Assembly (NCBI GenBank): GCA_036172245.1 | Contig: JAYWIR010000029.1 | Coordinates: 1,116,001 to 1,180,000 of the forward strand | Direction: 5' to 3' | DNA length: 64,000 nucleotides | Origin: Raillietiella orientalis | Lineage: Eukaryota | Part shown: positions 23,900-38,082 of the stretch, one piece after another | How positions within the stretch are numbered: the first letter of the stretch is position 1 | How the letters are laid out: each line of letters starts with the position of its first letter | Translations under genes and position numbers: made by a program | The notes under the pieces: generated by a model | What the model saw: the letters and a program-made list of their open reading frames with translations, nothing else | Databases searched by the model: none | What the model was told of the DNA's origin: nothing

Positions 23900-24500
23900 A
23901 GATGTCAGCATCCGCAACACCATTTCCGAATTCCATAACTTCCCGATTCGTCGTCTTCCTGTGTCCAGGAGTTTCCTCCTGAATCTCCAGGTATTTGCGC
24001 AGACTATTCGACCGCTTCGCGACAAGTCTTAACTCCCTCTTGTCTGAGGATTCATGCCTTTTTCCACTTGTTGACCTCTTGGATGGATTCTACTGCAAGT
24101 TTTGCTCCCAGAGCAGGCGAAATCCGAAAAATGGGTCTTTTCCTCAATGCCAATCCGCGGTCCATGAGAGTTCCATCTTGCGGATTTCGCAGGAACTGAT
24201 AGTGCTTCTGAATCGCTTCGGCAGATCATGCCAGCTGAAGCTGCAGACGAACCAGATAACTTGCACGCTCCACGCGGAGGAAGCTCGTTTCCGGAAACTG
24301 GACATCGTCGTGTGACAGGACACCAAACAAGGGCCAGGCAGCTCCAGCCCACTTGGGTGTTTAGTTGCTCATCACGTCTCCATCGTAACAGCTCTTGGTT
24401 TTCATCCCCAGCTGAGCGGTTCCAAGACGCAGCAATACTACAACAGAAGATCCCAAGCTTCTGGAGAGCTTGCCGAACGAGGGCACAAATCACCGCGTCG
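23900..24500 (+). pseudogene. Possible decayed NACHT NTPase fragment
   Basis: Weak motifs in a plausible order: RFVVFLC, CLFPLVDLLDGF (Walker-B-like) and LDIVV*/VTG. Confidence 0.22.
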
Positions 24501-25543
24501 GGATGCAGATCATCGTAAGCGATGCACCAACTGTGGCCGGATAAGACAGTTTCCATCAAGGATTCAGGATGAAGGAAGCTGAGGAACGGGTTTAGGATAA
24601 CGGCTTCAGCTTCCGAAATCAGAAGAATCGACTCCGGGGACGATCAGAGAGAGGAGCACTTTGTGAGAGAATGCTGGATGGGTCAAGGAGAGCCCGCTGA
24701 CTCTGGACTTAAGGAAGCATTGGAAGCTGGACTGATATGCCCTTTCGTAAGAAGCGAGAAAGATAGAGTGCGTTGCTGCTGCATGACCAGAAGTGCTGCT
24801 TCCTTCTTAGCTCACGAGGAGGGAAGAGGTAGTTCGGAACCTACCTACGTTCCAGCACCACTGAGGAGACTCAACGAAGGCTGACCTTCCGATTGAAAGC
24901 GCTGGAAAAAATCGAAATTCGCCCCGGTCCAGCCAAGGCACGGTTTTGCATCTCGGCTTGCCAAGTTCCGCTTTTTTTTGCTACTCGTGAGGCGACAGCT
25001 CACTTGGACCACGCCACCAGTGTGTGGCCGAGATGAGAGCGGATGCGTGGAGAAAACATGCACGAGTCAGGCAGGCAAGTCTTGCCGCTTCAAGGTCACC
25101 AGGGGGGAGAGGGTCGTCCAGTACACCGCGTCTTCCAGCCCGACTTTCCTCGCCTTCCCTCTGCAGATCGAAGGACGCACTTGGCGACTTTTTCCTGGAA
25201 GCTCCTTCGCGCTTGCAGAGCGTCCTTTAGGCACTCTGATATTGACATGCAGATTGCTGCTGCGTCACGGCTTCAGGTCAGTTTGCTTTCCAGCAGCCGA
25301 AGGGGCTCTCGGATTTTCTTACGGTAACACAAAGGTCGTTCCAAAAGGAGGTCGACAGCGTGCTCCTGGGGGACCGATCTTATTACGAGGCGAATAATTG
25401 CCGCGAGTATTCCAACAGCCTGCTGCTGCTTTTGTACGTCGATGCTTTCAGACAAGCTGCTTCATTCAACGGAGGATGTCCTAGATTTGAGGGTCCAGTG
25501 ATAGGGTTTGAAATATTAATGAGGATCCGGAACAAATGGGATC

Positions 25544-26115
25544 ATTATCACCCGGTTATAACGAGGCATTCATTACATAACATAATAAAAGTGCATTTGC
25601 GTGGTGGAACCGTTGGTTCTACCACGCGCAATGAGCCTGCCGAAGAGCGGTACGCGGACCGTCGAGGTCCGCTTGGGCAGCGTGGGGGAAGGCAAAAGCA
25701 AATGAGTAAATGAATAAAGAAACCAACAAAACAGGGGGGAGAGAGGGGAGGAGAAATTAATCATACACGGGGAGGGGTGAGGAGAGGAAGGGATCACGAT
25801 GCGCTGCCAGGAACCCTCTGCATCCTGTCCCGAATGCTGGCAAGTTCCGATCATGTCTCGTCCAGGTGGGGCCATCTCGAGGCGGTCTTCAGAAAGATCC
25901 GCTCCCAGAGGAGGACGTCCTTTCAAGTTCTTCCCTTTTCGCTGCTGATTTTTTTTTTTTTTTGGTTGGCCCAGTGTCCAAGAGCCGTTCACCTCCTTGA
26001 GGAGGGCTCACGAAGCTCTTGAACGCTGTCCACACCACCCGAGGGTGAGGGTCACTCCTCAGGAACCCCTGAGGGACCACCCTATGCATCCAGGAAAGCT
26101 CCGGAGGAAGGAATC
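25544..26115 (+). repeat. 572-bp segment, likely donor of the inverted copy at 38083-38654
   Basis: Position x pairs with 64198-x. I saw only 2 substitutions, and the T15/A15 tract has the same length in both copies. Mirror ORFs appear in the track (25573..25992- and 38206..38625+). Confidence 0.97.
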
Positions 26116-26699
26116 CGTTACTCTCTCACGCTTGGCCAGCGATCCCCGAAGGGAACCCTCCACTTTGGTTGTCCAGCGGGAGGAGGGGGAGGAGATATTG
26201 GGCACCCGCGGATACGGGGGAACCGCGCTTTCTCGCTTCGGGATGAATCCAGGAATGGAATCGGTTCCTCTCTCCCTCCCGAGAGGGATCCCCGAAGGGA
26301 TCCTTATTCTCTCCGGAAGGACCGCCCCGGTTTTTGGAGGCCTCTCCTCGTTTCTGCTCCCAAGGGAACTGGAAAGGATCCGCTCCTCTTCTAGAGCGAG
26401 CCCCAAGGAGCAGCGCGCTTCGCACCCTTCGCACTCCGAAGGGGACCCCGAAGGGTATTCCGAAGGGGACCGGCGATCCTCGGTGCCCTGGAAGGACCAA
26501 AGGGCCCGGAGGGTCCTATTCCGACTCCAGAGTCCAGTCAGGGGAGGCATCCGGCTTCCACTAGTGCCGTACCCCAAGGCCAAGCAGCGTTACCCTGCAG
26601 GGGAGGAGTCGAAACTCACGACGGGTCGATCCTCCACGTGGGGATTCGAACCCGCAACGTCGCGAGCGGAGACCGCAGCCACACGCATGGGAGGGACGC
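25949..26699 (-). mobile_element. tRNA-headed SINE-like element (copy C), about 750 bp
   Basis: Head GCGTC...GCGTGTGGC...GCGGGTTCGAATCC (B box at plus-strand 26642-26652). Segment 26545-26623 aligns with 11880-11968. It has CCCCGAAGGG units and T15 at 25949-25963. Confidence 0.7.
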
Positions 26700-28379
26700 G
26701 GGAGGGGCGGAACTCTTTGGGAGAGCGCGCCGCCGTTCTTTCCGAAAGTCAGCCACGAAACCAGCGGTGCGTCGAGAAGCCACCACACGACCTACGGGGC
26801 AGAAATGATCCGGAGGAAGCCACTGCAACCACATTCCAGCGCCCAGATTCCCCCGAGCTCGTTGGAAGGCGCGGGAGCATCCCGAATCCGAAGCGATGTC
26901 CGGAGACCACCGAACATTCACGTGGAGGCGAGGAAGAGCTGGAAGGTGGCCAGGCAGGCCAGGAAGCATCCGGCCCGGGGTGCGCGCAGCCCTGTGGTCC
27001 AGCGGCCGGTTCGCGAGTGCGAGCAATGGAGCTTTCTTGCTTCTATGGAGCCGTTCCTGTGCAGTGCCCACTGGCAAAGGATGCCAGCTGGTTAGTAGCA
27101 TGGGGAGCACCACTATTTAGCTCGCTGGAATTCGGGCTACATTTCAAAGAACAAGCTCTTCAGGCGGACCAAACTATTAAGCACAGATCATTAAATTCAA
27201 ATAGCTAATAAAATAAATGGACCAAATAAAAGAGAAGAATGGGTTTCGTGCAGTCAAACACAATCGAAACTTTCATTTGTTTTGTTTTTTTTGTATGGGT
27301 GCGTGTCCGTGAATGTTTCAGGCGCACTCGAAACATGCAAAAAAAAATGGAACTAATTAATGAGATGGAAAAGGAAAGAAAAAAAAACTTCTCCCTTCTA
27401 CAAGGGCCACTCGTGTTCTTGTGAAAGCTGCGTGCTCAATGGTGAGTGGGGAGCAAGAGCTGTCGAGCCGGAGTGCCATCCAGGAAATGAGAGAGAGCCC
27501 CACAAAAAAATAATTCCGTTGTGCGCTCAGCCAACCATCTAGCGGAGGAAGCCGGAAGTACGAAAAATGCGTAGTAGGAACGCTAGGTGCGCAGAAAAGG
27601 GAAAAAGCCGACGCAAGTGGCTCGGAAGTCGCTAAGAGGCGTGGAGCGAGTGAATGAACTCCGCGTCTTCACATGCAAAGCGAGACCCCTGGCAAAGTCC
27701 GCCCTTGAGGACTGAACACCCGCTTAATTAAACGGAAAATGAGTGACTCTCTGAAACCCTTCATGGAAGATTTTTAATTGCTTTCACGAATTCTTAATGC
27801 TCATTCTTAATGCTGTTCCGTCAACACAGATGAGTTTCCGAATGCTCCCAACGGAAAACAAGAACCACACCACAGGGACGTCTTCAGATCAGTTTAATAT
27901 CCGGAAAGCTGACGTTGTGGTTATGGCGAGGGATGCATGTGCTGACGAAACTATATTGACGATGATGCCATCATACATCGCAATGAGAAACCACCACCAC
28001 ATCTGCACCACTTGGACGGAGTGTGGCTAAGAATACACGACGTCAAGATTTGTGATCAGCTCATCCAGTACTCAGAAGCTCATTTCGTTCACCTGTTTCA
28101 GAGTATCGTTAGCAACGCAGTCGATGATAAAGGAATTTGCTCGGGTGACTTTGCGCTGACCTAAATTGAGCAATTGGACACAGGGCTCGCAGATATCCGA
28201 TCTCTGCCATGTTCGGATCCGGAATTCGTCTTCGAGTCCTCAAAAGAACACGGGCCCCACAGTGTGTACATGTGTTTGCATCTTCCCCGTTCGCTCTCTT
28301 GCATCTCAAGCTCTCAGCAGCAGCGCACGCTTGCGGAGGAGATGAAACTGTTTCAACCGGCGCACGCGCATTGACCACA

Positions 28380-29300
28380 TTTCGTCCACTGAAAGAAATA
28401 GTGATGAGCGAGTTGAGCCAGCAAGAGCGCAAAAAGGCCGGGAAACCTAGGCGTCCTAGGAGCTCCAGAAGAAGTTCCTGGTCGATGCAGTCGAATGCGA
28501 CCACAAGAGCCCCCTCTCCTTCCCGATCATCCTGCCCACCACCGGCGGACGTCCCGGAAATCGGAGTGCCGCCCTTGTTCCCTTCGTTCGCTCTTCCCCG
28601 CTGGAACCAGGTGTTCGCGAAGAGCAGGTTGGCGTCTATGCACTGCGGTTCCGTGTCCTTCCGGCAGGGAGGGAGCTGACTCATACCAAATGCGTGCATC
28701 CCCCCCGGCTCCATAGGCGGAAGAAGGCCCTCGATTCTAATGGGGGAGGGGGCTTCGATTGTTAATGCCAGTACCTAGGGACAGTTTTGCGGCTCCTGGC
28801 CTTCGCTCCTGACCTAAGTGCTCGGGGTGGCGGCAAGTCATAGATGGCGTCGCCAAGATGCGAAGGTTCCGGGAAGGCGGCGCTGGAAGGCGCTTCGCGG
28901 AATGGGCTCGCCACAGGCCGGAGGCTGCCGCGTCAGCAGCTGCATCCAGCTGGAGATTCGCTGGCTTGTCTGCAAACTCCCGTGCGCAGTCCCGTTCTGG
29001 TTTCGCCCGAAACAGTCGGGATCCCCGCTATTCGGAAACACCCCAGCAGGTTTGAAAAGGCGTCCCGGTCGCTTCCAGGGGGTTTCCACGATGCGACGGT
29101 GGGGGCGAGTTCAGGGCAGGACTGCGCCTCCTCTCCTCTTTTTTCCACGAGGGACGGGCAGAGGACTGCGCCGTCCCGATCGAAACGCTCGAAAGTTCTC
29201 GACGCTTCCCTTGAACAAACATGCTGGATGGGAACGCGAAAGTAACGTTTTGACCGGTTTGTTTTATTGCGCTGTTTGCACTGCTCCGGGCTGCCGGCCG
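28380..29300 (-). mobile_element. Decayed L1/Tx1-like ORF2 fragment (APE plus RT motifs 1-3)
   Basis: DRDGAVL (~DxxGRxL), SGDPDC (~GDFNC), CIDANLL (~NxDxKLL) and VVAFDCIDQELLLELLGRLGFP (~KAFDRVDHxFLxxxLxxLGF). Confidence 0.65.
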
Positions 29301-29405
29301 CAGCGCGCACTCGTGCCGTATGGCGACCGACCTGGTCATTCCAGGGCGCAACTGACTTGCAGAAATTTGCATGCTGGCATCTTTCTGACGTGCGGCGTTA
29401 CTTTT

Positions 29406-29439
29406 TCTTCTTCTTCTTCTTCTTCTTCTTCTTCTTCTT
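29406..29439 (+). repeat. (TTC)n microsatellite
   Basis: Seen directly. Confidence 0.95.
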
Positions 29440-29699
29440 GTTTTCCTTTTCCCTCTTTTTTTTTTTTCCGGCAGACTTTCGTCTGCCTGCCCCTGCAACT
29501 AGAAGAGGGAGGTAGGAGAGAGAAAGTGAGGAACGAATGATCACAAATCGGTCAGTTGTATCAGGAAACCATTAAATAAACAGGTTGCTCACTTTGTCGT
29601 GCTCCGTCCAACCTCTCCGGCTCCCAACTCGTTTCTGCCCCATTTTTCTTGCCTTCTTCGCTTGGGTTGCTTTACCGGCCATGCTCCCGAGCAGGGAGT

Positions 29700-29950
29700 C
29701 GCGCACGTGATCCTCCCTGAGACCCGAAGCTGCGATGTGCTTCGTTTTCGGCATCAGCGAGGTTGACGACGGTTTTGTTCTCGCGGAGCAGCCCCAAAAA
29801 GAACTGACCGAGGGCCAACCCTAGAAAGCACGCACTCATCATAAACAAGGGAAATTCGGCGTGGCCGGGCGATTTCCAAAAGGCAAGCCCCTCTCTGATG
29901 GTCCTTTGATCACGGATCTGTGAAAATCGCAAGCGTAACACTCTGAAAAA
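29700..29950 (-). mobile_element. Non-LTR RT domain-0 fragment
   Basis: TIREGLAFWKSPGHAEFP...LALGQFFL resembles EIxxAx...KSPGPDGxP. Confidence 0.45.
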
Positions 29951-32729
29951 TCCGCGGTTTCCCAGATAGAGGAGGAGGGGGGTGGGAGCGGAGAGGCGAG
30001 CGAGAACCGAGCTCACGTTCACGGTGTCGAACGGAAAGCATCCAGCATCCAATTAGCAAAGGAAGCGAGGAGCGACCGACGCCAATAAATGCAGGCATTC
30101 GTTCCCGTGTGCCACAGCGCAGAGATCAGACATTTCAGGGATGTAAAACGTGGAGGAAAGAGAAGGAGGAGGGTGGAGGGACGCACGCACCTTCCATAAC
30201 TCAACATCGGCGTTCGTGGAGAATCGGCAGCTGCGAAAAATACACGTGCCCGTAAACATCGGAATGTTTGTGTGCCAACACTTTCGGCCACGAGGGAGCA
30301 GACGCGGTGCGCCTCCCGAACCGGAGAACTCGCCGTGGAAAAGGAAAAAAAGCGCCGCGGGCAGCCGAAGAGACCACGCGATCCCGCCGATTGAAAAGCT
30401 GCACGGTTCCTCGTCCACAATCACGGATTTCCTGCCGGTTTGCTTTCTTCAGGCCTCGTGAGGTCGTCCGGCAACGGGGCCGCAGCTCCCAAGTTTCCTT
30501 TCCGCTGACAGAGGCCAAAAAAAAAAAAAAAAAAATTGTGCGGCTCTGGAAACGCAGAAGAGACTCAAAGAGAGCTGCAGGGCGTTTCCTTTCTTCCTGT
30601 TTCCCTGATTTCCGGGAGTTTTCTCTTCTTCTTTTCGACTCCGCTGAGACTCCAGCCGCTTTCCGGCCGAAGTCTCAGCGGCGTCCGAAGGAGTCCGGAG
30701 ACCGCGCTGACAATCTGTAACATGGGATCCGATTTGTCTTGTTGCTCTCGAAAGAGCAAGAAAGCCCACTTACTTTCACAATGAGCATGGCTTCATAAAC
30801 ACGAATCCGGCAGCTGGAGCCGCGTTTCCGAGGACCCAGCTGAACGGTCGAAGGGCTCTCTGAAAGCAGGGTCAGCAGCTGCGCAAGAAGCAGGGCGAGA
30901 ACGAAGAACGAACGGGTTTTTCCCCGATGCACTCGAAATTCGCCAAGGAAAGGCGCGCGGCTTTTGAGGTCTCCGAAGATCAAGGACGGTGGACCGATGC
31001 CGAAAACGAGTGGCGATAGCTTCAGAAGAGGTTCCACAGGCCATCCGTGGCTACCACGATCACTTTCGATGCTGATTCACATGGAACCACGAACTAGGTC
31101 AAGTCCCGCGAACATCATAAAAATGGTGAGACGGTTTGCTGCTCGCGAACGATCTCGGAGCTGCGAGGAATGCTACGGTGCCTGGAATGATGTGTCACCA
31201 CAGCCACCGAATGTGTTGCAATGGGTCTCACATTGTCTCCATCTCGCCACCCGCGTCCTTCGGAAATTCTCCCTTCTGGATCAGGGATGGTCAGCTCAAC
31301 TTATTTGCTATTGGGGAACGAACTGAAAGATACGCGGATGGGAGTCGTCCTAAGTACCCAGGGAAACTTTTGACGAGACAAAAAGAACCTTTCGGGAGAA
31401 AGCCTGATTTTTGAGACACGGACGCAGCTTGCGCACCAAAAATCAAGGGATGCTTCCTGGAAGATTCTTTGTTAGGTAAAGCTGCAGCCACTCTTCCGTG
31501 TTTTTTTTTTTTTTTGTTTTGTTTTATTTACTAAGGAGGAATGGGACTACAAGAACGATTCCGCTTTCTCTCCTAAATGCACAACGAGCCAATAGTATCA
31601 TTTGTTCTCACCGTTCCTTTCGTTGCCCACGCTTCACATTCCCACCGCAGGAAATCGCATAACACTCTCCAGCGTCCTGGATCTTCGTAACACCCAGCCA
31701 CCCCGTTTACTCCATGCCGCCGGTCCTCTCCCTTGTTCCCAGTTCTCGGAAGCTGCCTCGTCGCCTCCCTGCGGAGAGGGAAAAACGGCTTGCTGCATGG
31801 GAAGAGTGTCGAAAGACAAACAAGTGCGCGTTCTGTTCGTAGTCGGCGTCCTTCCTTGCATTACCTCCTTTATCTCGTGGTGCTGTTATTTCGCCTCAAC
31901 CAGATTGCATCTTCCGTCACGAAAGGGAGCGAAAGATCAACGGCTCACCGGCAGGGAGGGAAAAAAAGACGCACCAAGAGTTACGAGGCAAATTATAGGT
32001 TGTGCTGGCGACGTTCCTCCAAAGTCCGATGCACGCAAGTACAGGATAGAAAGAGGAAAAAAAAAAATGAAATTTCGGAGAAAAGACATTAATGAACGAT
32101 GAAAACGCATCATCAGAGCATCGTTACATCGATCGACTGTGTTTCAGCGCACAGCATCCAACCACCCACCGGACCGAATTCCCTTCCTCGGCCAGCCCGC
32201 TTGCTTTTGCGGTTTCTCGCGGAGGACTTCCCGTGGGGTCTTCGGCGCCTCTCGACGATTGCTCCTCGGAATTCGGACGATTCAGCTGAACGAAACAAAT
32301 TCAAGGACGTTTTTTTTTTTTTGTTCGTTTGTTTGTTTGTTTTCCGACAACCACCGCTCGCGCAGTTTCCACTTTGCGCCTTCGTCTTGTCCAGGCGTCT
32401 CCTCCCGGAAGTCTCACCTCCTGCTCGCTCTTTCGAGAGTCTCTCGCAGCGACCGACACGTTCGGACTCGGCGGAGAGGGAACCTTCTGGGAGATCAGGC
32501 ACGGGAGATCCTCCTGCGGGGATGCAGGAGCACACGGCCGACGGGTGCTTTTGCACGTACAGAAGCAAAAGCAAGAGCATCCACGAGGCCTTGTTAACCG
32601 CTCGCCCCCCCGGTCAAAGTGCTGATTGCAGCTGCTTAAAGGAGCCATCACCCGTTGGCGCACAGAAGCATGGCGCGCATACAGAGCGACCAAGCAAGAA
32701 GGAATCGGCTCTAGTCATCTCTTCGCCAG

Positions 32730-34638
32730 CGGGGCCGGCAACACATCCCGGTAACCCCCAAAGCCAAAATCCCGAAAGATCGTAGAAAGAAAGACACGTG
32801 CTTATTATACAGATAGATAGATTCTATGTATACATTATTTATACATAGATTAATGTATTCTATGAAGATTATGAAACACAAATGCTTATTTATATGCAAG
32901 TGAATGCACAAATTTATTTACAACATGCATATTTGCTGATTTAAATAACGATATGCATTCATGCAAATTATTAAGATATCTAGTAAAGATATTACAAAAA
33001 ATACATATTTGTACGTGAATATATATTTATATACGTAATAGGTACGTATTAAATGAATTTAAAAATGTCAAATTTTAAAAAATAAAAAATAATGATGGAA
33101 ATAAAGAACAGTGGAAAAACAATAAAAAGGCAAACAAATTTAAAAAAAAAAAACAAGAAAGGAATTCTGTATTTTATTTTCCTATTATTTAGTGATTGTG
33201 ATATTCCTAGGAAATGGAGAATCCTATTTTCGAAGTTTTGATGGTCCGATAAATACTTGTGCTTATTATTTGATATTTATGTATTTCAGTTCGTACATAT
33301 TTATTATTTTCATTATAATTATCAACGTACATAACGAACATTTGCATTAATTTTCATAATTTTCATGTATTTATTTGTATATATGTACATCTGCAGGTAA
33401 ATATATAATGAGCATACTATAAATTACATTAATAATGTGCGTGTCAATGAATATTAATAAATGCATATGTTGAAATAAACTTATTTTCAATGATGTAGAT
33501 ATTAATTAAAATGAATTTGTATATTGATTCATGTATAAATAATAGATATGATATAATAAAATTTTACAGTTTATAAATAAGTATTTATGATTGATTAACG
33601 CTATGCATGAATAATATAATACGAATCTATATATAAATATGTATTATGATATACATAATAAGCAAACGTGTTTGTTTTTTATAACCTCGATAATGCACAT
33701 TAATCTGTGTACAGTGCGCATTCGACCTTTTCTGGAATCCAAATTTCAAAGATGGCGACTTTATAGAAGGCTGCTGATTGTGTCGAAATAGGAAAAAAAA
33801 CAAAATGTGGATAATGGAATGAAATGACACCAAACTGTTGAACAGTACCATAAATTTCCATAGCCAAATGAGCAAAATTAGTAACATTGCAAAAATAGAA
33901 ATAATGATACCATATGGTAGATGATGACGGCACGATATGAAATTCGATTCGGACTTCTTCACGGTTGCTTTTTTCCCGTATTCTTCTCAGGAGATCGCGG
34001 ACAGGAAGTCAGGCACCTTCTGACCACTCATGGCTAAGTTGAGTGAGTGGTGAATAACTTTGTTCGATATCAAATTTCTGAGCATGGTTACCGCCTTCTC
34101 ATCTAAATTTTCTTCTGCGTGGTCCATAGGAGCGCTCATAACGGTACCCGGATCATGGGCATGATTTCACCCGTCTTCTCCTTCCGCCCATTCCATAACC
34201 TCAGAATCACATTTTCTCTCTCTTATCACGGGATCGAATCGTGTTGGAATGGGTACAGCATCATCTTCATCAGTAAAATAGCCGATCAGTAAATCCAACT
34301 CAATCTCTTCGGCTGATGAATACGAATGCTTAAAGGCATTCAAATCGGAATCCCATCGCGCGACCACACTGCCATAGAAACCACATCTTTCAGTGTAATG
34401 CAAAAAAAAACGTTTCTTTTATCGAATGACAGAAAAAGTTGACGATATCAAGGCTTGTTAGGTCAAAAGGTTTCTTTTGTCAAAGGTGACTATATCGAGC
34501 GTGCACTGCATGTATATATTAATATATATATATAATAAGCATGCGTATTTATTTTCAAGATCGTTCTGGAATATGTTTTCGGGATGTTGATCGGCACCGC
34601 ATTTATCTTGAGGTCGTTCGGGATTTTGACCCAGACCC
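32730..34638 (-). mobile_element. Non-autonomous Mutator-like (MULE) DNA transposon with a C-terminal transposase remnant
   Basis: Inverted termini contain CAAAATCCCGAA (32765-32776) and TTCGGGATTTTG (34617-34628), with AT-rich arms. The degenerate 9-bp TSD is CTTCGCCAG / CTTCACCGG. One minus-strand frame (34403 to ~33920, 2 stops) reads DLNAF...LLIGYF...PTRFDPV...DG*NHA...DEKAV...DFLSAIS, matching the animal MULE pattern YF..PxFP..EGWN..DE..FLxAI. Confidence 0.75.
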
Positions 34639-35899
34639 CTTCACCGGAGTGAAGTGCACTCTCGACCTCACCGAATTCGCCGCTGCCACCCTCACCGCAA
34701 GCCAAAATACCGAAATGGGCATTTCGTCCGCACAACCCATCTGCGGACGGCCCCCGGAAATGAAACCGCTGGCGCATGCCGGGCAAATCACGAACGTGTA
34801 CACTTTGAAACAAGCGCACTTCCGCCTTTTCGAGCCGGGCTCCGTCACCTGCTTTGGCAACACGTTTTCTCCCCAAAATAGGGGGTGCCGCTCTCGTTGC
34901 ACAGCCTCGTTCGCCATCTTTAAGCGCAGTCAAGCGTAATGGAACACCAGCTAGCAAGCCAAGGACCGATACCAAAGAAATGCTGCAGACCAGACAGGTC
35001 TTGGGGACACACCGAACCGGTTGAGCAACGGTCCAGATGAAAAATAAGATGAGCGAAATGATTTCTCTTCAACCGTAGCTTTCGAGCTGCAATGGGGGGG
35101 GGGGGCTCCCAACTTTTCGTGGCCACTAAATAGCCCGAGTCTCGTGCTTTCATCAACAAGGTCAAAAGAAGAAGTGCTCATCCAATTAGTAGAGCAGTGC
35201 CTTGAAAGAATGTAAAATGATCACGAAAGAGTCTTCAACAGCCCCCTGATGGCCATAATTTGGGGTAGGGTTAGCTTTTAACCTCTTTCAGATTCAGGTA
35301 ATCGTAGCTGTAGCTGAAGACAGACTGGCGACTTCTTAATTTGCTCTCTGGTTCGAAACCCGCGAATCCCAAACCAGAAAGCTCGAGGTGAGATGCGATC
35401 CATAAAGAAAGGCAATGCTTTATTTCAGTATATTTTTATTTATTTTCCGGTTCTCATCACTCCTGAGATATTTTAAGGAGTGGAGCCCGCACGGAACGAG
35501 TTAAAATTTGGTTTCGTGACGGGGAGTACGCGGGAAAGAGAGATAATAAAAAGAGCCAGATTTTCAGCAATGGACCAATCCATCCCTGGACGCACAGATG
35601 GGATTCCTGGAGCAGCAGTTCATCTAATTGCAACTGAGAAACCAATCCTGGTGCTCTGTGCTACCCGCACTGCTGCAAAGGTGCAACACGACTCGTGTGT
35701 GTTCTTCCGATGTGTTGGTCCAAATTTTATGGAAAAGGGTGGGTACACGTCTTGAGAAGTAGGGTAAAGACAAAGGAATGAATTCTCGAAAGCAGGAGCA
35801 GCGCGGAGCACGTTTCGGAACAGGCATGCAGCATCCTGCTCCAGAACTGTTCACATGTTGGCCGTCACGGATGCTAACCTTGCGCTTCGGTTTGAGTTT

Positions 35900-36550
35900 G
35901 GATCTCATCTCTGGGTCCGCCTCTGACCTTAACAAGCGGGTAGAACTTTTCGAATAAAACTCCAGAAGGTAGACGGATGACCCGTCCTCCGTCCTCGGGA
36001 GTCGTGTGCTCTTCTTCGCAGAGCAGGACTCCCGAGCCGCCACTTTTCCCGGGAGGGATTCCTGCTAGAAGTCCTGGGGATGCTCTCGGGTCCAGCGAAT
36101 CCCGGCTCGAGCCGGAAGACAAGCCGCTGGAACAGGCAGACCGCTCCACTGAACTTGAGCCTCGCTGGCAGCTCTCTGCTGCCTACGCAGGTTCGTCGCT
36201 GCCTGGAGCGACGCAAGAAAAGGACCGAGCGATAGGTAAGCCGCCCACTTCATGAGAACGGCAACTAGATGGCTCCACCTGGACATCAACATCCAGAAAG
36301 ACCTTGCTGGCATCCTCCAAAGGATGAAGAGGACCGCTCCCAGCAAAACGTGATCCCTTCCCGCACCCCACCCCACCCCCGAATTTATTTCTTTGTTTAT
36401 TTTTCTTTTTTGTTTGCACCCTCCCCCCTGCTGCCGTGGAGGACCTCACCGACCTGCGAACCGGCAACAGGGCAAATTTGTTCCGAAACCGATCGTGGCC
36501 TGGACCACTAGTCCAACCACAGAGATTGTGATTGTTTATTTTTATATGAA
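35900..36550 (+). mobile_element. 3' end fragment of the L1/Tx1-like family found at 38.8-44.7 kb
   Basis: RTATRWLHLDINIQKDLAGILQRM matches RIATRLPHLGRIRMDLDGILQRM at ~40880-40955. RWQLS is shared, and a T-rich 3' UTR follows. Confidence 0.65.
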
Positions 36551-38082
36551 ACAAGCGTCCCGGCGTACCCGGGTGACAATTCCTCTGAACTTGAATGTCG
36601 AGGAGGTGCAGCAGCGGCGGCGCTCGAAGCTCTCCTTCGGCTCAATTGGCGAGAATGGGTGACCGTGCCGCTCCCCTTCCATAATTGATGCTTTCAGCCG
36701 TCATTTTTTGATAGTGCACATCCCGACACTCATTGAACTGGAAATTACAAGCTGATCGAGAACGAGACGACGAGAGAATGAAGTGGTTCCGTTATGCTCT
36801 CCTGCCGTTCTCCTGACGTTCTACTTCCTCTGGGCGAAGACACGTCATGTTGCCGATCGTGAGCAAGGAAGGAGGGGGGATCTCCAGGCTGCAGGAACTT
36901 CGCTCCGAGCTCCCTGCTCGAAGCGATGCTTTGATGCTGAGGTTGTGTTTCTGCCAGCGCGCCTCTGGATCCGGACGTTTCTCTCGAGGCAAAAGGAAAA
37001 AAAAAAACACCCTGGGACACACAGACTTCTCACGGCAGAGGAGCGGGTGACATGAGGATGCAGTCTTGAAACGGCGTTTGGTGGCAGAGAAGGACGGGAT
37101 GGGAGCTGGAAGGTTATTCTGAGGGAAGAGAACCGGTTGATTGCCGCTCACGGCGCTGGCATCAGCATTCGAGCTCATCTTGAGACTTGGATGAGAAAAA
37201 TTCGTGCTTCCACTCAGGACCACCCTCGTGCCCGGGAGGTTTCAGGCCGAGAGCGAAGCAACCGAAAGGAAGTGAAGCTGCCATCTCGAAGAAAACCAAA
37301 GAAAGAACGGGTCCATCCCTGGACCATGCTCGGAGTGATGGCGGGCTCCAGCGCCATTTTTGAAGCCTTTCGGGCGTGTCCTCACAGCTCTTCAGAAAAC
37401 GAGAGAGAGCAGCATCTCCAGAAACACTAACTTCCGGTCAGGACCAACTTTTCAAGAAGTATTTTAGGCTTCCCTTGGAAGAACACTTCCCGGAACGGTT
37501 TTCGGGAATCCGGATGGATTTTTTGGAGCTTCCGAATTCGAACAGAAGATAGACTGATTCTTCCAGGAGAAGCTGACCTTGGATTCTGCCCAAATCCCTC
37601 ACGGATGTGCGGGTAAAATTCTGCTCAGTTTCCAGACCGGAGCCTCAGAACGCTCTTGCCGACTGCCAGGAGAGTTGGATTCAGCTTGGTAGCCCTTCTC
37701 GAAGTTCCTTAAAATGCGCAGCTTTCCGTCTTCCTGAATCGCTCCGGAATGTGGTCCGCGCTGCACATTGAGCGGCACAGTCCGTGCGGGCTGAATATCC
37801 CTCCTTTCACTCAGGATGGAAAGATAGATCATCTGCTAACACATCTTGACGATGCATCCCCGGATTCAAGGAAGGTAGAGAGAGAAATCAAACAAAAGAT
37901 GGACGTGGAGCAGCTGCTTGCGGGATGCAGATGTAGATTCGTTCATCCAGGAAAGATCCTTCTGGTTCATTCAACGTGGAGATGGTTCCTCATTGGAGAG
38001 AGTACCATTTGCCCGATGGAATCTCATGTGCAGCCTCAAAACATAAACTTCAGAGGACTATTGCATAACCGCTGACCACCAT

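Noticed and set aside
27887..27902. ATCAGTTTAATATC, matching U2 stem IIa
   Set aside because: Only about 14 nt match, with no flanking U2 similarity; probably chance.
34541..34939. 132-aa ORF starting MRIYFQDR...FRDVD...RDFD
   Set aside because: Its N-terminus is simply a translation of the MULE terminal repeat.
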